Positions 25,425 through 40,152 are shown, counted from the first letter of the stretch. The stretch is DNA of 64,000 nt from Octopus vulgaris (GCA_951406725.2 OX597832.1:66836001-66900000); one strand, 5' to 3'. Notes: generated from the letters alone by a model not told the origin. Made by a program: numbers and translations.

Positions 25425-26800
25425 GATTAAAGTAAGAAGTAAGAAAGAAAAACATTTGAGATCTCTCGAAAATAGATGATTCACTTTAGATAGAGAACAT
25501 GATCACCCACATGCACTTTCTGACTTCTTTCGACAAGCATAGCCACATTATACAGACTAGTATATATCTACTTTACTACCCTGGCCTTTCTGTTATACCC
25601 ATACACTGTTGATACTGCAGTATAATATTCCAATTCAGTCCTCATTCACTCAGTAACTTTCATTATTCTTTCCATGAATTATCATTGAACATTCTCATTT
25701 GAAATTGCAAATGGACCTTATCAATAAATTTATTTGATCACTTTATCATTGAACAGCTAACATATACATATCGTATACTTATGCTTTCTTCATTTTTGAT
25801 TAACTGGAATACACTAATATTCTCGACGGGAGATATTTCTTCATTTTTACATGTTTCTGACATCTACCTCTCTGATGATAGAATAGTCAGCCTTTCGAAT
25901 CTTCATTCAACATCATGATCCACATATTTGGCTATTCTAGAAACAGGTTTAAGTGACATTATAAATTTATATTCTTTGTTCTCTCTCTAAATTAAGTGTT
26001 TTTCGGGTGATGCCAACTGTTATAATTTCTGCTCGAGCAGAAACCACTTCTAGTTGCCTCTAATATGCAGTTTCAATGCCACATATTTCAACTGCTTTAC
26101 AAGGCAAAGTTTTAGTGGATATAAACACTCATTCGTACATTTATAACATCTAAAGCAACATATTAGTCATCTAATAACATTTATAACAGCTAATACAACA
26201 TATTAGTCAGTTACAGATGCACTAAAGTAGAGCACTTCCTTTAAACTTTATTTAGTAACAAAATTTCGGCTTTCCAACAGTGACAATTTCACTGACACTG
26301 GCCAGTGCTGCAACCGCAATAGTGCCAGCTAGTTGGTCACATTTAGTGCGACGAAACGTTTGACGCCAAAAGATGAATTTAAATTTTAACTCCAAAAAAG
26401 TGAAGTAAGCAATTTTTCTGTTTTTGAATAGTTAATATGTGTCTTCTTTGCAGTGAGTGTGTATTTTCAATGCACAATAAACACAATTTAAGAAAGATCT
26501 GATAAAAGTTTGATGCTCTAGAGATACAATAATTTGGCGTATCTATGTAACATGGCATGTGTTTCTAAGCTGGTTCTTGAAATAAAGTCTAGCAGTATGT
26601 ACTGAGGCTAACAAAATGCTTGGAGACATTGTATTTTACATGAATTTGTTGTATGTTATATAGAACAATTAGTAATTGTTTCGTTTTCAAACTCTACATA
26701 TTATTTTATACTTATTTCACATGGATAGAACACTTTGTGTTCATCCTAAGTATATCGGAACAGTGAACTTATACATACATACATACATACATACATACAT

Positions 26801-26885
<85 letters not shown>

Positions 26886-26890
26886 GATAT

Positions 26891-27272
26891 ACTAGCAGTA
26901 TCGCCCGGCGTTGCCCAGGTTTGTAAGGGAAATAACTATAAAGCATTTTTAGAGAGTTATAGCCAAAAAATAGCAAAAAAATGGGAAAAAAATTATGGTA
27001 AATTTTTTTTGAGTTAAAAAAGGTGGTGTTGCGTCCCCTAGACGGTCTGTGGTTTGGGTTTCTGATTCTCGACCCCATGTCGAATTTATCGATCTTTTTC
27101 AGAACTGGGGGAACTTTTCAAAATTTTCGCTGTGTTAGTTTTGAATTATGACATTAGGCTATGTGTGTGTCAAGTTTCATCAGAATCGGTTGAAAGCCGT
27201 GGTCAGAGTGAGGGTACGAGAAAACAGACACACAGAAAACGCAGACAAACTGCCGTTTATATATAGAGAGAT
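26891..27272. mobile_element. Non-autonomous Helitron-like element (Lep1/HINE-like)
   Basis: Starts ACTAGCAGTATCGCCCGGCGTTGC (short hairpin) and ends AAGTTTCATCAGAATCGG..ACAGAC repeats..TTTATATATAG. Second copy at 37533-37923. Classification is by recalled resemblance. Confidence 0.6.
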
Positions 27273-27551
27273 ATATATGTATATATATATAAACAGACAC
27301 ACACACACACATATATGTATATATGTATATATATACACACACACACACACACGCATATCCAGTTTTAGGGGTTGCATTGAGTTGTACCGATAAAATGTAG
27401 GATTAATATAGTAATAATAACAATAATCTTTTGATGAGATTTATGAACATTTAATGCATCTCTACGCGCGTTTACACACATCATATGTCTCTAAAGATCA
27501 CAGTCCGTATTCGTGGGATGAATACAGTGCAGTCGTTGAATCCTTGGGCAT

Positions 27552-27599
<48 letters not shown>

Positions 27600-27639
27600 C
27601 ACACACAAAGAAACAGATAGATAGAATTTGAATATATAC

Positions 27640-27765
27640 ATAGTCATGGAGCGAATTGTCAGGAGAAAACTGATCACGTTCCTCGTAGATAATAACTTGC
27701 TCCCTAACACTCAGTATGGTTTCCGGAGAGGTAGACGCTGCCTCTCACAGCTTTTGCAGCATTAA
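27640..27765 (+). pseudogene. CR1/Jockey-type RT fragment
   Basis: Manual translation IVMERIVRRKLITFLVDNNLLPNTQYGFRRGRRCLSQLLQH*, containing the QYGFR motif. Confidence 0.75.
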
Positions 27766-29354
27766 GCCTTCCTTACATTTTCTGAGGAATTTCTTAGTTG
27801 TAAAGAACCCCTTGAAGAGTATCTATAGCGGTCTTCTAGAGCCCCTTTGCATTTCTTAAGGAGGATTGGGCGGAATCTGTACAATTGTAAGTTCCTGGTC
27901 GTTTGTCCAGAGAGCACGTTCACCACGTATTGCTATCAGGCGTCTTTCCAGGAATTCGAGAGCTTTCCTTTATGCTCCAGGTGGTGCGCTTTGTTGTCAG
28001 CTTGCCGTTTATCTTGAACGAATGTAAAAATGAGCCATCTCTGTAACTGTCTCTGATCTAACCAGGTGAGATCACAAGTTAGGAGACAAATACAAAAGGT
28101 ATATTTATATTCCCTTTTATGGTAACAGATGTGCAATATTTTGATGTTGTGCTTTGTTATGTGCATCACTTGTATCATCAAATGTCTATTATACATCAGT
28201 AGATACGGATGTGATTTGGTTCATTGTTTTCTAATATACTTTTTGTTCTGTTTCATATTATGTAGTGCATTGTTATTTATCGATGTTATGAAAGTGTCTT
28301 CAAAAGATAAGTGAGTGAAGCAGTTACGTAGTTAAAATAGCAGGTAGTGTTACACTGTTTGCGACTTAAAATTTGAAGTTAAATTTAAAATCCTATTGGG
28401 AGTTGGTATCTTGTCTTTATCTAGACACGTCTGTGATTAAATATTTCCAAACTTACCATTCAGATAGTACGTCAACAGTGTTGATATGTGGCTTAGGGCA
28501 ATAGATTTTGTTATTCTTTACAAAAGCATTTGGTAATGCGGCATTCTTTTGCACAGTTAATCTACTTCTCACTCAACTAATACTTTTTATGTATGGTTTG
28601 TGCGTTTTAATACTTGTGAGATGCGATATATTTGTGGCGGTACATAGCTTATTATTTCTTGTTCTGTTAGTTTATTATAATAATTTATTGACAAATGAAT
28701 GTTTAATTTTGTATATTTCTTAGCTAGTGCACCGTTTTATATGACCATTGTAGGGACAATGTGTAATCTATAACATAGATCAATCTGTTTGAACGCATAA
28801 GTGCGAGGAGATACGTAGCAAAAGTAAATGAAGTCATTGATATTCTTCAGGTTTTGACATGTATTGTATCTATTACACGACCCTCTTTTGGAACCACTTA
28901 TAATTAACCTTTGTGTTGATAGTTCTAAATTCGTTAAACATTGCCGAATGTGACATATGTCGTAAAGTTATGGGTTGGTGAAGAGATTTGGAGCAATATT
29001 CTATAGTGTTTTAATTTATATCATGTGTCAAACACTTTTATTATTTAATATTGTACGGCGACAGCTTTACAATGGAACGTTTCAAATAAGCATTGGCATC
29101 GTTGAAATAATTTAATCAATACAAAGCCATTAGATTCCAAACAGGTTATATTGTCTTCCATGAAGTTTTATGTATGAAAGGCATGGATGGTTGCTACAGG
29201 CGGGTAATTTAAATATTATGACTAAGGAATTATTCTCTACCACTATGCGTTCAGTGAGAAAGATCTGTGGGATACTACCTGAACGTTTGCCCCTTCAGTG
29301 ACAATTTAAAACGTGCGTAAAATGATATGATTAATATATAGTGTAACGACTCGC

Positions 29355-29400
<46 letters not shown>

Positions 29401-29755
29401 TAGATATATACGTAGATAAATAGATACACACACATACACACACACATATATGTTTGGCAAAATAATGCAGAGATTTCTTACCCATGCCTGAATTATTACC
29501 ATATTCTTATAGAAGTGAATTTATCCATGGTTTTATACACACAGGATACTCACATATACCTATCTTCTGACATACATACATACATGCATATACGCATACT
29601 TGCAGATTTTTCTATAGTATTTATGTATCGCTGTATGTGTGTGTGTGTGTGTGTGTGTGTAGTGTGTGTGTGTGTGTGTGTGAGTATGCGTGGTATATAT
29701 ATATATGAAAAAACAAGTCAAGATAGAAAATGCTAAAATAATTTTATAAACAACA

Positions 29756-29798
29756 TTTTAGTACCGGTTTCTGTCATTTGAGACCTTTTCAACTGTAA
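29756..29798 (-). ncRNA. Hammerhead-like motif, U3-A8 core
   Basis: Minus strand reads TTACAG-TTGAAAA-GGTC-tcaaat-GACA-GAAAC-CG-GTA-CTAAAA. Stem III is the palindrome ACCGGT with a GUA site; stems I and II each have mismatches. Confidence 0.45.
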
Positions 29799-30164
29799 CA
29801 ATTAAATAATTAAATTTAGAAAAATTAAAAGAAAAGGTTTTTTCAAATAATATTTGTATAGTGTTCAAATATAAGTGGCATTTCCTTTGTTTCTGCCTTT
29901 CTCTGTATCTCTTGTTTACACTTGTGGGTTCGAGGTCGTTGTGAATTCTTGGTAGGGAAGAAGAAGAAGGAGGAGGAGGAGAAGGTGGGCGAAGAATTTG
30001 GGAGTATCTTGATTGTCGTATTTTGAGTGGTCAGTGGCGGCTAGCAGTTGCTGTTCAATTCATGAGAATATTTCTATTGAAAGGTTTGTTTATAGAATTT
30101 GCGTAGGTGTTATACTATAAAGCATTAGTGATAAAGTTAGGAAGTAGAAGGGAGAGAAGAAGAA

Positions 30165-30384
30165 TAATAATAATAAGAAGAAGGAGAAGAAGAAGCAAAA
30201 GAAGAAGAAGAAGAAGAAGAAGAAGAAGAAGGAGAAGAAGAAGCAAAAGAAGAAGAAGAAGAAGAAGATGATGATGAAGGTGATGACGATGATGATGATG
30301 ATAATGATGATGATGAAGAAGAAGAATAAGAAGTAGAAGAGGAAAAAGAAGAAGAAGAAAAAGAAGAAGAAGAAGAAGAAGAAG

Positions 30385-30416
<32 letters not shown>

Positions 30417-30437
30417 GAAGAAGAAGAAGAAGAAGAA
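30165..30437. repeat. (GAA)n/(GAT)n microsatellite
   Basis: Direct. Confidence 0.95.
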
Positions 30438-30809
30438 GGGAGAATATGAATGAGTGGAAGTAGTGAGGTGTTGTATGGCTTAAACTTCGCACGTTATGAG
30501 TTATAGCTGTAATTGGGGTTTATGATTTCTTAGGAATGTATTATTTGCGTGTGTATTTGTGTTATTCTAAAGCCGAGGTAGATATATCGTCCGTCGTAGA
30601 CCCGTTCAGAAGAGGCCTGTTTTTTGTAATAAAGAGAGTTTCTTTACTTATTCGTTGGCTCGAGGTTGTATCGTCCTGAATTGGTAGAGGGGGAAAATCC
30701 TGAATCTTGGTGTTTTGTTGTTGGTGCAAATATATATGTGTTGGCTGAATGCTATTTTTCTGTTTTGGGTAATTTTTATCTGGGATCTATCTATCTATCT
30801 ATCTATCTA

Positions 30810-30840
<31 letters not shown>

Positions 30841-30842
30841 GT

Positions 30843-31200
30843 TAATAAAATAGAACATATGCATATATATAAACATATATGTACGTACCTACCTCTACAT
30901 GTACATATACATGCATATATGTGTACAGGACACCAAAAAGACGTCGAACACATAGAGAGACGAAAAACATAGACACAAACCAGGGAACAAGACAAGCAAA
31001 AAAAAGAGAGATACAGGACAATAAGCACAACGAAAAATCCCCTTCTTCAGTCGCTAAGGTTTCATCTACTAAACGTTTCGAAGGATAAAAGCGAGACGTA
31101 TACTACGAAGAAAACTTCCTTCCTGCGAAAAGCAAATCAATTAAAATTCTGAGATCTTTTCGCAGAGGGGTAAAAAAAAAAAAAAGCAAGACGGTAACGA
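30843..31200. repeat. Dispersed repeat, copy of 6530-6905
   Basis: See 6530-6905. Confidence 0.7.
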
Positions 31201-32121
31201 CAGTATATATATATATATATATATATATATGTTTACATATCCATACGCGCTCAGGCAGATCTAAGCACTTATTCACACATTTATAAATGAAAGTCTTCAG
31301 TGTCAATGACAAGTATTTACATGTTCTATCAACTACAAACCAGCTCATAGTTCCTGAGGTCATTGGTTAAGTATTCCACAGTCAAGTCTATGTTTCGCGC
31401 TATCCTCGGCAAATAACCATAAAAAAAACGAATGTCACGACTAAGTATTATTAGAATGTCCGATCGACTCAATCTAATTGCTTGCGCCACAGTTCAGGCA
31501 AAACTGTTGAACTCTCAAAATATATGTATACACGGATCTGCACCATAAGAAAATGGCCTAATGTAGGATTGAGCTCTGGACTAAGGAGTGTGTTATTGCC
31601 AGGCAGATATTTTAGACAACAGCTCCGCAACAAATACGAATGCACATATGTTGTAACCACACATGAATGCATACAACAATAACAAAGACGCGTGCGCGTT
31701 GTTCAGATATACTCACACAGACACACACGCACACACATACACACAAGTACACATAAATCCTCTGTAAATACGAGAGTTTGCATTTTTCGTTGTAATATAT
31801 GAAGAGCTAACATTTAGTTAGGTGAGAAGCAAAAACAGATGCTAGAAAGATCCTTCATTTAAATTCCATTTGGACTTGAAAATCTTTGCCAAATCATTTA
31901 CTGGAATTAGTATCGAATGATGTGGCATTCGAATTTATTATAAGAATTAATAACGAAAAATGCACGCCGAAAAAATCCCCACATGCGCTGAAACACATAT
32001 ACAAACTTATTCGTACTTACACACTGTCAGATATTGTTGCTCCTTAACAACGTTAACGGCAATCTGTTCCGGGTCCCATAACAGTCGGACTACGAATGTA
32101 TTGCGTTCCTGTCCCAGTTTG

Positions 32122-32220
<99 letters not shown>

Positions 32221-32227
32221 ATACATG

Positions 32228-32550
32228 AACGTGCTTGCCTCAGAGTTTTGAGCGTCTGGATTTCAATCGTGAGATTGTGAGGTGAGTTTGATTCCCAGAC
32301 TGGGTTGCGTGTTGTTCTCTTCAGCAAGACACTTTACTTTACGCTGCTCCCGTACACTTAGTTGTAGTAATGAGTTATGATGTCATTGGTGCAAGCTGTA
32401 TTGGCCTTTGATTTACTCTTGTATGTCATCGTTGGCTTAGATTGGGGAGGCTGTTATGCATGAGCGACTACTGCTCTTCCACAAAGAACAATCTTGCCCA
32501 GCCTCGTGCCCCCGGGTAGAGTGGGAGAACATTCTTCCCATCCTCATTTT
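32228..32550 (+). mobile_element. Degenerate tRNA-derived SINE (family C)
   Basis: GAGTTTGATTCCC B-box and GCGTGTTGTTCTCTTCAGCAAGACAC, shared with 44500-44812 (-). Confidence 0.55.
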
Positions 32551-33574
32551 CCCACTCACACAAAAACACACACATATATGTGTATATGATGCACGTATAC
32601 CTTAATAAGTATATAGATACACACACAACGCCTATGCATAGAGCACGCTCAGTCACATATATACTTATATAACACATATTCATACAAATTACCCGCACGC
32701 GTTTGAGTGTCTACGCATAAGTATGTGTTCGTAGAATCTTATACTTCCTAATATATGTTTTGCGTCTTTTAAATTGAATCTGGGCTGTATTTGTCATCGA
32801 ATGATTAACATTCCCCTCCTGTGTCTCCTTTTCACCCCTCCACCTATCTCTCACATAGAACATAACTCTGCTTCACTTGAAGCAAATTATCGCACACCAC
32901 AAAATTTTATTCGGCTTACATAAATCAGATGGTATTAAGAATTGGTAAAATTAAAACCAGCTTTGGAATGTCACCAAAGTATTGGCTACCAACCAAAACA
33001 ATATTCTTGAATCCTGGAACTTAATTCCCTGATCCAAATTTGTTTCTTTACTATATTTTGTTTTCTTTTTCCATTACTTTTTCAAACCTGCAATGTATTT
33101 CGAATACATGAATAGGCAGATAATACTAGAAATATCTTACAATAATTTTTGTTGATGCTGCTGCGGTGGTTGTGTTTCCTTTGCTTATCTCTTGCCGAGA
33201 GGACTTTTACTCTGCAGTAAGAAGGTAAAAAGGAATTATAATAAAATAAACTTTATTTTTACAAGTTAACAAACGATTAAACAACAACCAACAGATCCAT
33301 ACCATGCTTATTAGTGAAAAAGAAAGAACAAAGATGAACCATTACCTACCTAAGGTCACCATCATCCACTGCCTAGTTCCCTCACAACCATACTAGTGAG
33401 ATATGAGAGGATATCTTTATTATTGCTACAGCCTATATAATCACTTTTCTTATTCAACCATGCGTGCAACGTGTTAATACGTATTTTAAAAACAAGCGGT
33501 AGTGTGACATGAATGAGTTTTAGCTGCTAATACTTGCAGATAGAAAGACCACAGTTGACACGTTATTATTCTTG

Positions 33575-33785
33575 GTGAACTGGCAGAAACGATAGAACGC
33601 CGGTGAAATGCTTAGCTGTGTTTCATCTGTGTTTACGTTCTGAGTTCAAATTCCACCTTGGTCGACTTTGCCTTTCATCCTTTCTATTTCGATAAAGTAA
33701 ATACCAGTTGTGTACTGGTGTCGATCTAATTAAGTGGCTCCCTTCCCCCAAATTTCGGTCCTTGTGCCTTGAATAGAAACGATTA
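33575..33785 (+). mobile_element. tRNA-derived SINE family B
   Basis: CTGGCAGAAACG...GAGTTCAAATTCC...GTCGACTTTGCCTTTCATCCTTTC. Confidence 0.8.
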
Positions 33786-35249
33786 TTCTTGATTCAGACT
33801 GTGATGATGGTGATAGTAATGGTAGTGTTGGTGGGGAGGTGATGCTTAATATGGTGGCTCCTAACTGAAATTTCATTTTAACAGAATCGTTTGAGCGTGC
33901 GATAGAATGTCTTCTGCTAATAGTTCTTACTAGTATATTACCGCTGCTCTGAGTTCAGATAGTATCATGTTCAGCTCGGCCTTCCAATGTTTCGGGAACA
34001 TAATCTGTCTGTGTCACTCCCTCTCTTTCGCTCTCTGTCTATCTTCGACTCTCTCGCTGTTTATTACTCTTTTGATTCTTTCTCTCCTCTCATTATTCAT
34101 CTGTTCCTTCCCACCCCTTATCTCTCATTCTTCTGCTGCTCTCTATCTCTTTATCTCTTTCCATATATGGCACTTGCTTTTTCCACGAAAACCGGTATTG
34201 TTCTTCATTGTAGTGGGCTCCAGTAGAGAATACCGAATACAATAAGAATGGTCCTCAATTTTTATCAAGATTTGAGGGCCAAGTCATTTGAACTTAGCCG
34301 TTTGAACTGTCCTGAAACTGTACGGGTATAAGAAGCACCGTCACTATACATCGAGGTGTTTATGTGAAATGCGAGGGTATAATTTGACTGACATGAAACT
34401 ATTATTTCTGTTACATTCACTGATGCTGCTGCCGCTCCTGCTGCTGTTTTGTTGTCGTCGTTGTTGCAGTTGTTGAGACCACACCAACCCGAAACGAACA
34501 CATGTAAATATGAGTAGCAATCATATCTACACGCTAACGTTCTTTTCTTCAAAGTCGGGAAAACGGGCCAATATTTGGTAAGCAGTAGTATTTTAATTTC
34601 AGTGTGATTTGACTGCTGTTTCTAGTTGATTGAGCTTCCCTCGTCGATTAGTAATACTTTTGGAGCTGGTGTTTGTTGGAAGATGTGTATATGATCGTAG
34701 CGCTGCGTTTTAGGACCGTAGCCATTTATGTGAGTGTGGACCTATGATCAAAGCTATCCTGTTAGTAAACATTCAGTCATATTTTAAAGGCATAGCACAT
34801 CTAGGATTACACTTTATTATGAAACACATTCCGTTTACAAAAAACAAAAAAGACAGCATGATATTGCTGATGGAAATGTGGTTGATATTTCTCACTATTG
34901 AATTGACCTAGAAGGAAATGCTACTCACCCCATTATTTATTAGCAATAGTTGGATGAGCTAGGATTTGTAGAAAGTATGGCTACCCAACTATTCAGAGAA
35001 ACGAATGAAAAATAAAAAAAAAGACAAAAAAGCAGGACTGTTGCAATAAATGTAAGCAAAGGAGACGATACAAACTCGATTAGAGGAATATAATATGATA
35101 ACATTAACAAGAATTGACCAGTTTGCACCGGTCTGCTTTCAAATGATTTGCTGCTGTCTAAGCAAATGGTTGATTACTTCGATTGTTATATAACTTGATG
35201 TAGGCACGTATAAGTGGATATATTATCTTGATAATAGCCAAACGGTGTT

Positions 35250-35419
35250 CACGAAGAAGATAGGGGTAGTGATGGTGGTGGTGTGGTGATGTTTGGTAGT
35301 GATGAGGTTGGTGGCAGTGTGGGGGATGGTTGAATTGATGATGATGAGGATAACGACGATGATGATGATAGCACTACCCTTGCCATAGGCGGCTTAACCA
35401 CCACCACCACCACCACTAC

Positions 35420-35451
<32 letters not shown>

Positions 35452-35525
35452 TCATCATCATCATCCTATTCATCATCATCCTCCTCATCATCATCACCGT
35501 CATCATGAGCAGCAACAGCATCGTT
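35250..35525. repeat. (GAT/GGT)n and (CAC/CAT)n low-complexity tract
   Basis: Direct. Confidence 0.85.
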
Positions 35526-36709
35526 TTCAATACCCTAATTCTGTCTACATGTATAGGAACTATTCTTGAAAAGATAGAAAATGAGAGTCATATGAGAGTA
35601 TATATGTGTGTGTATGTGTGAATGTGTGTGTGCATGTGCGTGCTTTTGTGTGTGTATGTATGTGTACGGATGTGTGTGTGCGGGTTTGTGTATGTAAATT
35701 TATATGGACATATATTTACATACATAAATATGTCTGCGCGCGTAATTTTATGTATATATGTGTGAATATATACATACATGTACACATACACATATGGGTA
35801 TACGTGGGCATAAATAGAAGGAGGAAGAGAGCGAGCGAGAGAGAGAGAGAGACAGAGACAGGGAGAGACAGAGAGAAAGAGAGAGGAGATAAACGTGCAG
35901 ATGTAAAAGAAAATTTTATCTAGAATTGTGTTGACACCGACACACTGTTGATCTTTAATGCTCAGAGTTGTAGACATGGAATATTTCTTCCGGATTGTAG
36001 TTTGGTGAGTTTATAAAATATTTAATGGACGCTATTGAGAGAAGAAAATGGTGTTTAATGTGATTTTTCTTTCGAACCTGGTAACGACGTCTGTTTATTT
36101 ACATTTTTCATAAAACTTCAAAGACTTATATATATAGATATTATTTCGTTATATGAGAATTGACTTCTATAACACATTGTACTTATACAAACTGATTCAG
36201 TTACCTGACTTGGCATCGGGACATTGAATTAGTTAGCATATTCTAGTAAGAATATAATCTTAATCATAAACTAAACAAGTCAAGACTATTGCCATGTAGT
36301 TCATATCTACATATATCCCATCTCCCTGAAGACAATTTGTATGAATTTTATATATAGACATATTGTTATTTACGATTTTGTCCATTTTAGCGGCATTTAT
36401 GTTAGATTTAGCTAACATGTAATACGATCTAATATGCAATACATATGTGATACAAAAAAATAAAACGTAATTCTTTAAAAATTGCATAATTACATAGCGA
36501 ACCACATTCAGGAAAAATCTGTCCAGGCTTCATCAGGAGGAAAATATTAAAAATAACTGCTTCTACTATTTTTAGTAAGAATTCTTTCTACCATAAACAT
36601 GAAGGCAGGAATATGTGGACAGTATTAGTTGATATCATTAACAGCAGTAAATTTTATTATTGACCCCGGACTCAGAATATAAAGAACAGAGAACTTTTAT
36701 TAGCAATAA

Positions 36710-37145
36710 TAGTTTTAAATTTTGGCGCAAGGCCAGAAATTTCGAGGAGGGTGTACGTTGATTGTAAGTTAATCCTAGTACTCAACTGGTATCTATTTTA
36801 TCGACGTCGACAGGGTGAGTGACAAAGTGGATCGCGTTGGAATTTGAACACAGAACGTAAAGACAGACGAAATGCTGCTTAGCATTTTGTCGGGGGTGTT
36901 AAAGATTCTGACGGCAGATTATTAATAATAATACTTTCTCCTGTAGGCACAAGGCATGACATGTTTTGTGGGGAGAGGAGTAGTCGATTACAACGACCCC
37001 AGAATTTCACTGGTACTTCATTTACTACGAATACAATGGAAAGTCGACCTCGGCGGTATTTGAACTCAGAACTTGAAGACGGACGAAATACCACTAAGCA
37101 TTTCGTCCTGTGTTCTAACGATTCTGGCAGCTGGCCACGCCCTCA
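36710..37145 (-). mobile_element. Two tandem degenerate SINE family B copies (36710-36920, 36930-37145)
   Basis: Both contain TTTGAACWCAGAAC..AGAC.GACGAAAT, as in 40153-40387. Confidence 0.7.
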
Positions 37146-37532
37146 TTCTTAGTAGTAATGATGGCACAAATATGAACAAATCACCTGGCATAAAATGTAA
37201 GGCAGTGGAGAGAGGAAGTCGATAGCGGAACTTACGAGAAGTTGAATGATAATAAAGGTGTTGAACACATACATTGGTAACTAATGAATGCCTGAATGAA
37301 ACACTGCGCTCATTAAAATGCCAATTAAAACGCATCAAGCCACTACTACAATTAAAGCAAGAAAATTTAATTAATAGATCTATCATAAAGAAGAAAAAAA
37401 TATAGAAAGAAAAGAAACATCCAAATTAAATAAAATATGGTGTGTAACTAGTTTTCGAAAAATAACTGGCTTGCGTCAGCGACCAGGTCACAGAAATGCT
37501 GCGGTAGACACTGGCAGTTCCCATTATATCCT

Positions 37533-37923
37533 ACTAGCAGTATCGCCCGGCGTTGCTCGGGTTGTAAGGGAAATAACTATATAAGCATTTTTATAGCCAA
37601 AAAATAGCAAAGAAATGGATTAAAAATTGAAAAAAAATTAAGGTAAATTTTTTTTTTTAATCGTTGACACATCGTAGATATTTTTAGAGAGTTACTTCCC
37701 TTATATAAAAGCGAAAAAAATGCATTAAAAAGGGAAAAATATGATGGTAAATTTTTTTTAAATCGTAGACTCATCGTAGACGCGCGCTAATACCCAGAAG
37801 GGCTCGATATGAATCACGACTATAAGATACCCGCTTTTGGTTAAACTGCACGGCAAAATGTGGGAGTAGTTACGAATCTAAATCGAAGGGGACAGACACA
37901 CAACTTCACTCTTATATAAAGAT
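37533..37923. mobile_element. Non-autonomous Helitron-like element, related to 26891-27272
   Basis: Same 5' end ACTAGCAGTATCGCCCGGCGTTGC..GTAAGGGAAATAACTAT; ends GACAGACACACA..CTTATATAAAGAT. Confidence 0.6.
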
Positions 37924-37929
37924 GCTTTT

Positions 37930-38251
37930 TTTTTTCAGTCATAGAGTTAGATTTATGAAGGTCTTCAGTAGAAAATCCTTCGAATTCTGACTCGCTGCTT
38001 GATATAATGAAATTCGTATCCATTTTTTGTCAGAATTACAAATTTTGAAAACACAATAGGAACAAATTTCGGAAAAAAATCTCCCATAATTCATGGAATT
38101 AAAATTACACTTCGATTTTTGTACAAAACTATATTTGAAGTGTTTACGAAGTATAATACGTGTTTTCACGAATGTACTAAAGAGATTTACTCTGATATTC
38201 TCATTTAAATATGAATAGGTAAATTCGGGCGGTTTGGTAACGAAAGGGTTT
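37930..38251 (-). mobile_element. Possible piggyBac-like DNA transposon end
   Basis: Minus strand begins TAAA-CCCTTTCGTTACC (TTAA-CCCT-like terminus), followed by acidic MDTNFIISSSESEFEGF. The partner TIR was not found. Confidence 0.35.
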
Positions 38252-39055
38252 ATATAAGTGTTGTCTGTTTATACATAAACACTGTTTCATACTTTCAGTT
38301 TAGTCTTCCTCAAATCACTCTATCGCTAATTTACTCTCTTCCAAGAACATTTTCACTCACTGTTATCTGTTAGCTTCCCATACATTTTACTCATGTATCT
38401 ATCAGCGTGATAGACAGAAACAAATATTACATTTACTTTCATTTTATTCGTCGCACACTGTGTGTGTGCGTTTGCGTGTGGTGTAAACCAGACTAAGAAA
38501 AGCATTTGACACACACACAAGAATGTGAGTTTTCTGTAAATTTTGCTTAATTGGAGTTTAAATTTTAAAAACTGGACCTGGCATGACGCGATGCATTGTA
38601 CTCTTAAAAATGCTAGGTAAATTGTAATTGAAGAAATGCTATATTGTAGATTTCTATAACTCCCAAAGGGAGGCAGATAAAATCTGCCTTTTATAATAAG
38701 AGATATAGACAATACACGATGGCGAAGGTAAGCATCTCATATAAGGAAAAATAACTTTTCTTACTCTGTTTTTTTTTTACTATACTTTCAGCGTACTTCA
38801 TCGCACCAAGTCTTTTTACACGAAAGAAATGTGTCAGATATATAGAAAAAATATCTGTAGTTATAACTGCTGGAGGGTTCTCTAAACGCTGATCATAAAC
38901 GTCAAGTTATATGAATAAATAATGTTATACAAGCACGCGCAAACACGTACACACACTCACGCATACACACACACACATATATACATACATGTTTGTGCGA
39001 ATGTATGAATAAACGTATACATGGATATTCACACGCCTGAATTAATAATGATGTA

Positions 39056-39126
<71 letters not shown>

Positions 39127-39188
39127 ATATGTATATATGTATATATATACATGTGTATATATATTCATATATATATATATATATATTA

Positions 39189-39238
<50 letters not shown>

Positions 39239-39303
39239 GTGTATATATATTCATGTATATATATATTCATATATATATATATATATATATATTATATAGT
39301 TAA

Positions 39304-39453
39304 GTTAAGTTAAACATCCTATCACCACATCCCACCGATGCAATGATGAGACGGGTCACAGAAGTTGTTTGTATACAAGAATACAAACCTACTCTCAACC
39401 GAAAATCCGAATGGAGTAACATCCAGATCCCATTCAGGAGGATCATTCTATAA
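39304..39453 (+). pseudogene. Penelope-like GIY-YIG C-terminal scrap next to (TA)n
   Basis: Manual translation VKLNILSPHPTDAMMRRVTEVVCIQEYKPTLNRKSEWSN..*, fitting the R..E...I....P.LN.K.EW pattern. Confidence 0.6.
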
Positions 39454-40028
39454 CCACCCTTCTCTCTCGTTTACATGTAATCCTTACATACACGTTGCAA
39501 TGCGTGGTGCTAAAACACTTATGTGCAGTTATACATAACCGTATAAGCGTACTTTGTTTGTTACGTATGTGCGTGTGTGGTGCTAAATAAATGCACATGC
39601 ATGTGTATGTATGGGTGTATGTATTTATTGTATATGTATGCGTTTATGCATATATATATAATAATAAATAAAAGAGCAGATCGGTTAATATAATGCATGT
39701 TCGATTTTTAACCGTTGCCCTTGAATACTGTGTCATATATTTTGTATGTATGTGTGTGTGTGCGTATGCATGTTTATGCGTGTGTGTGCATGTGTGTGTG
39801 CATGTGTGTGTGTGCGCGCGTGTGTGTGTATGTGTGTAATAGGTCATATGTATGTTGAAGTGGATAAGCATATATGAGTATATAATTTAAGGTTATAAGT
39901 GTATTTATGAGTATGTCTATATGATTGTGTGTACTTGTTTATATGTATATGGTTATATGTGCACTGTTGCACCTAAACGTTGTATCCATTCACCGTTAGA
40001 TGATGATGAGAGGAACAAACACACACCC

Positions 40029-40065
<37 letters not shown>

Positions 40066-40152
40066 CGTCTATACAAACATATATGTGTGTATATATATAT
40101 ACAACCTTCAACAAGGTAACAGTCATGTACACAACTTAGACGGGCACATACC

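Larger units (their letters stand above)
29707..30785 (-). mobile_element. Second Penelope-like element remnant (GIY-YIG C-terminus + 3' UTR with (GAA)n/(GAT)n tract + terminal HHR-like motif)
   Basis: Minus strand 30560-30785, with frameshifts, gives ..RKIAFSQHI..TPRFRIFP..QRISKETLFITKNRPLLN, matching RKIPVSGHI..QRQNKELYFIKKFRPSLN of the 21044 ORF. Confidence 0.75.

Noticed and set aside
31035-31090. CGAAAC...CTGAAGA on the minus strand (permuted type II HHR?)
   Set aside because: No stem I pairing, stem II register overlaps the core, and the sister copy near 6745 lacks the GAAAC half.
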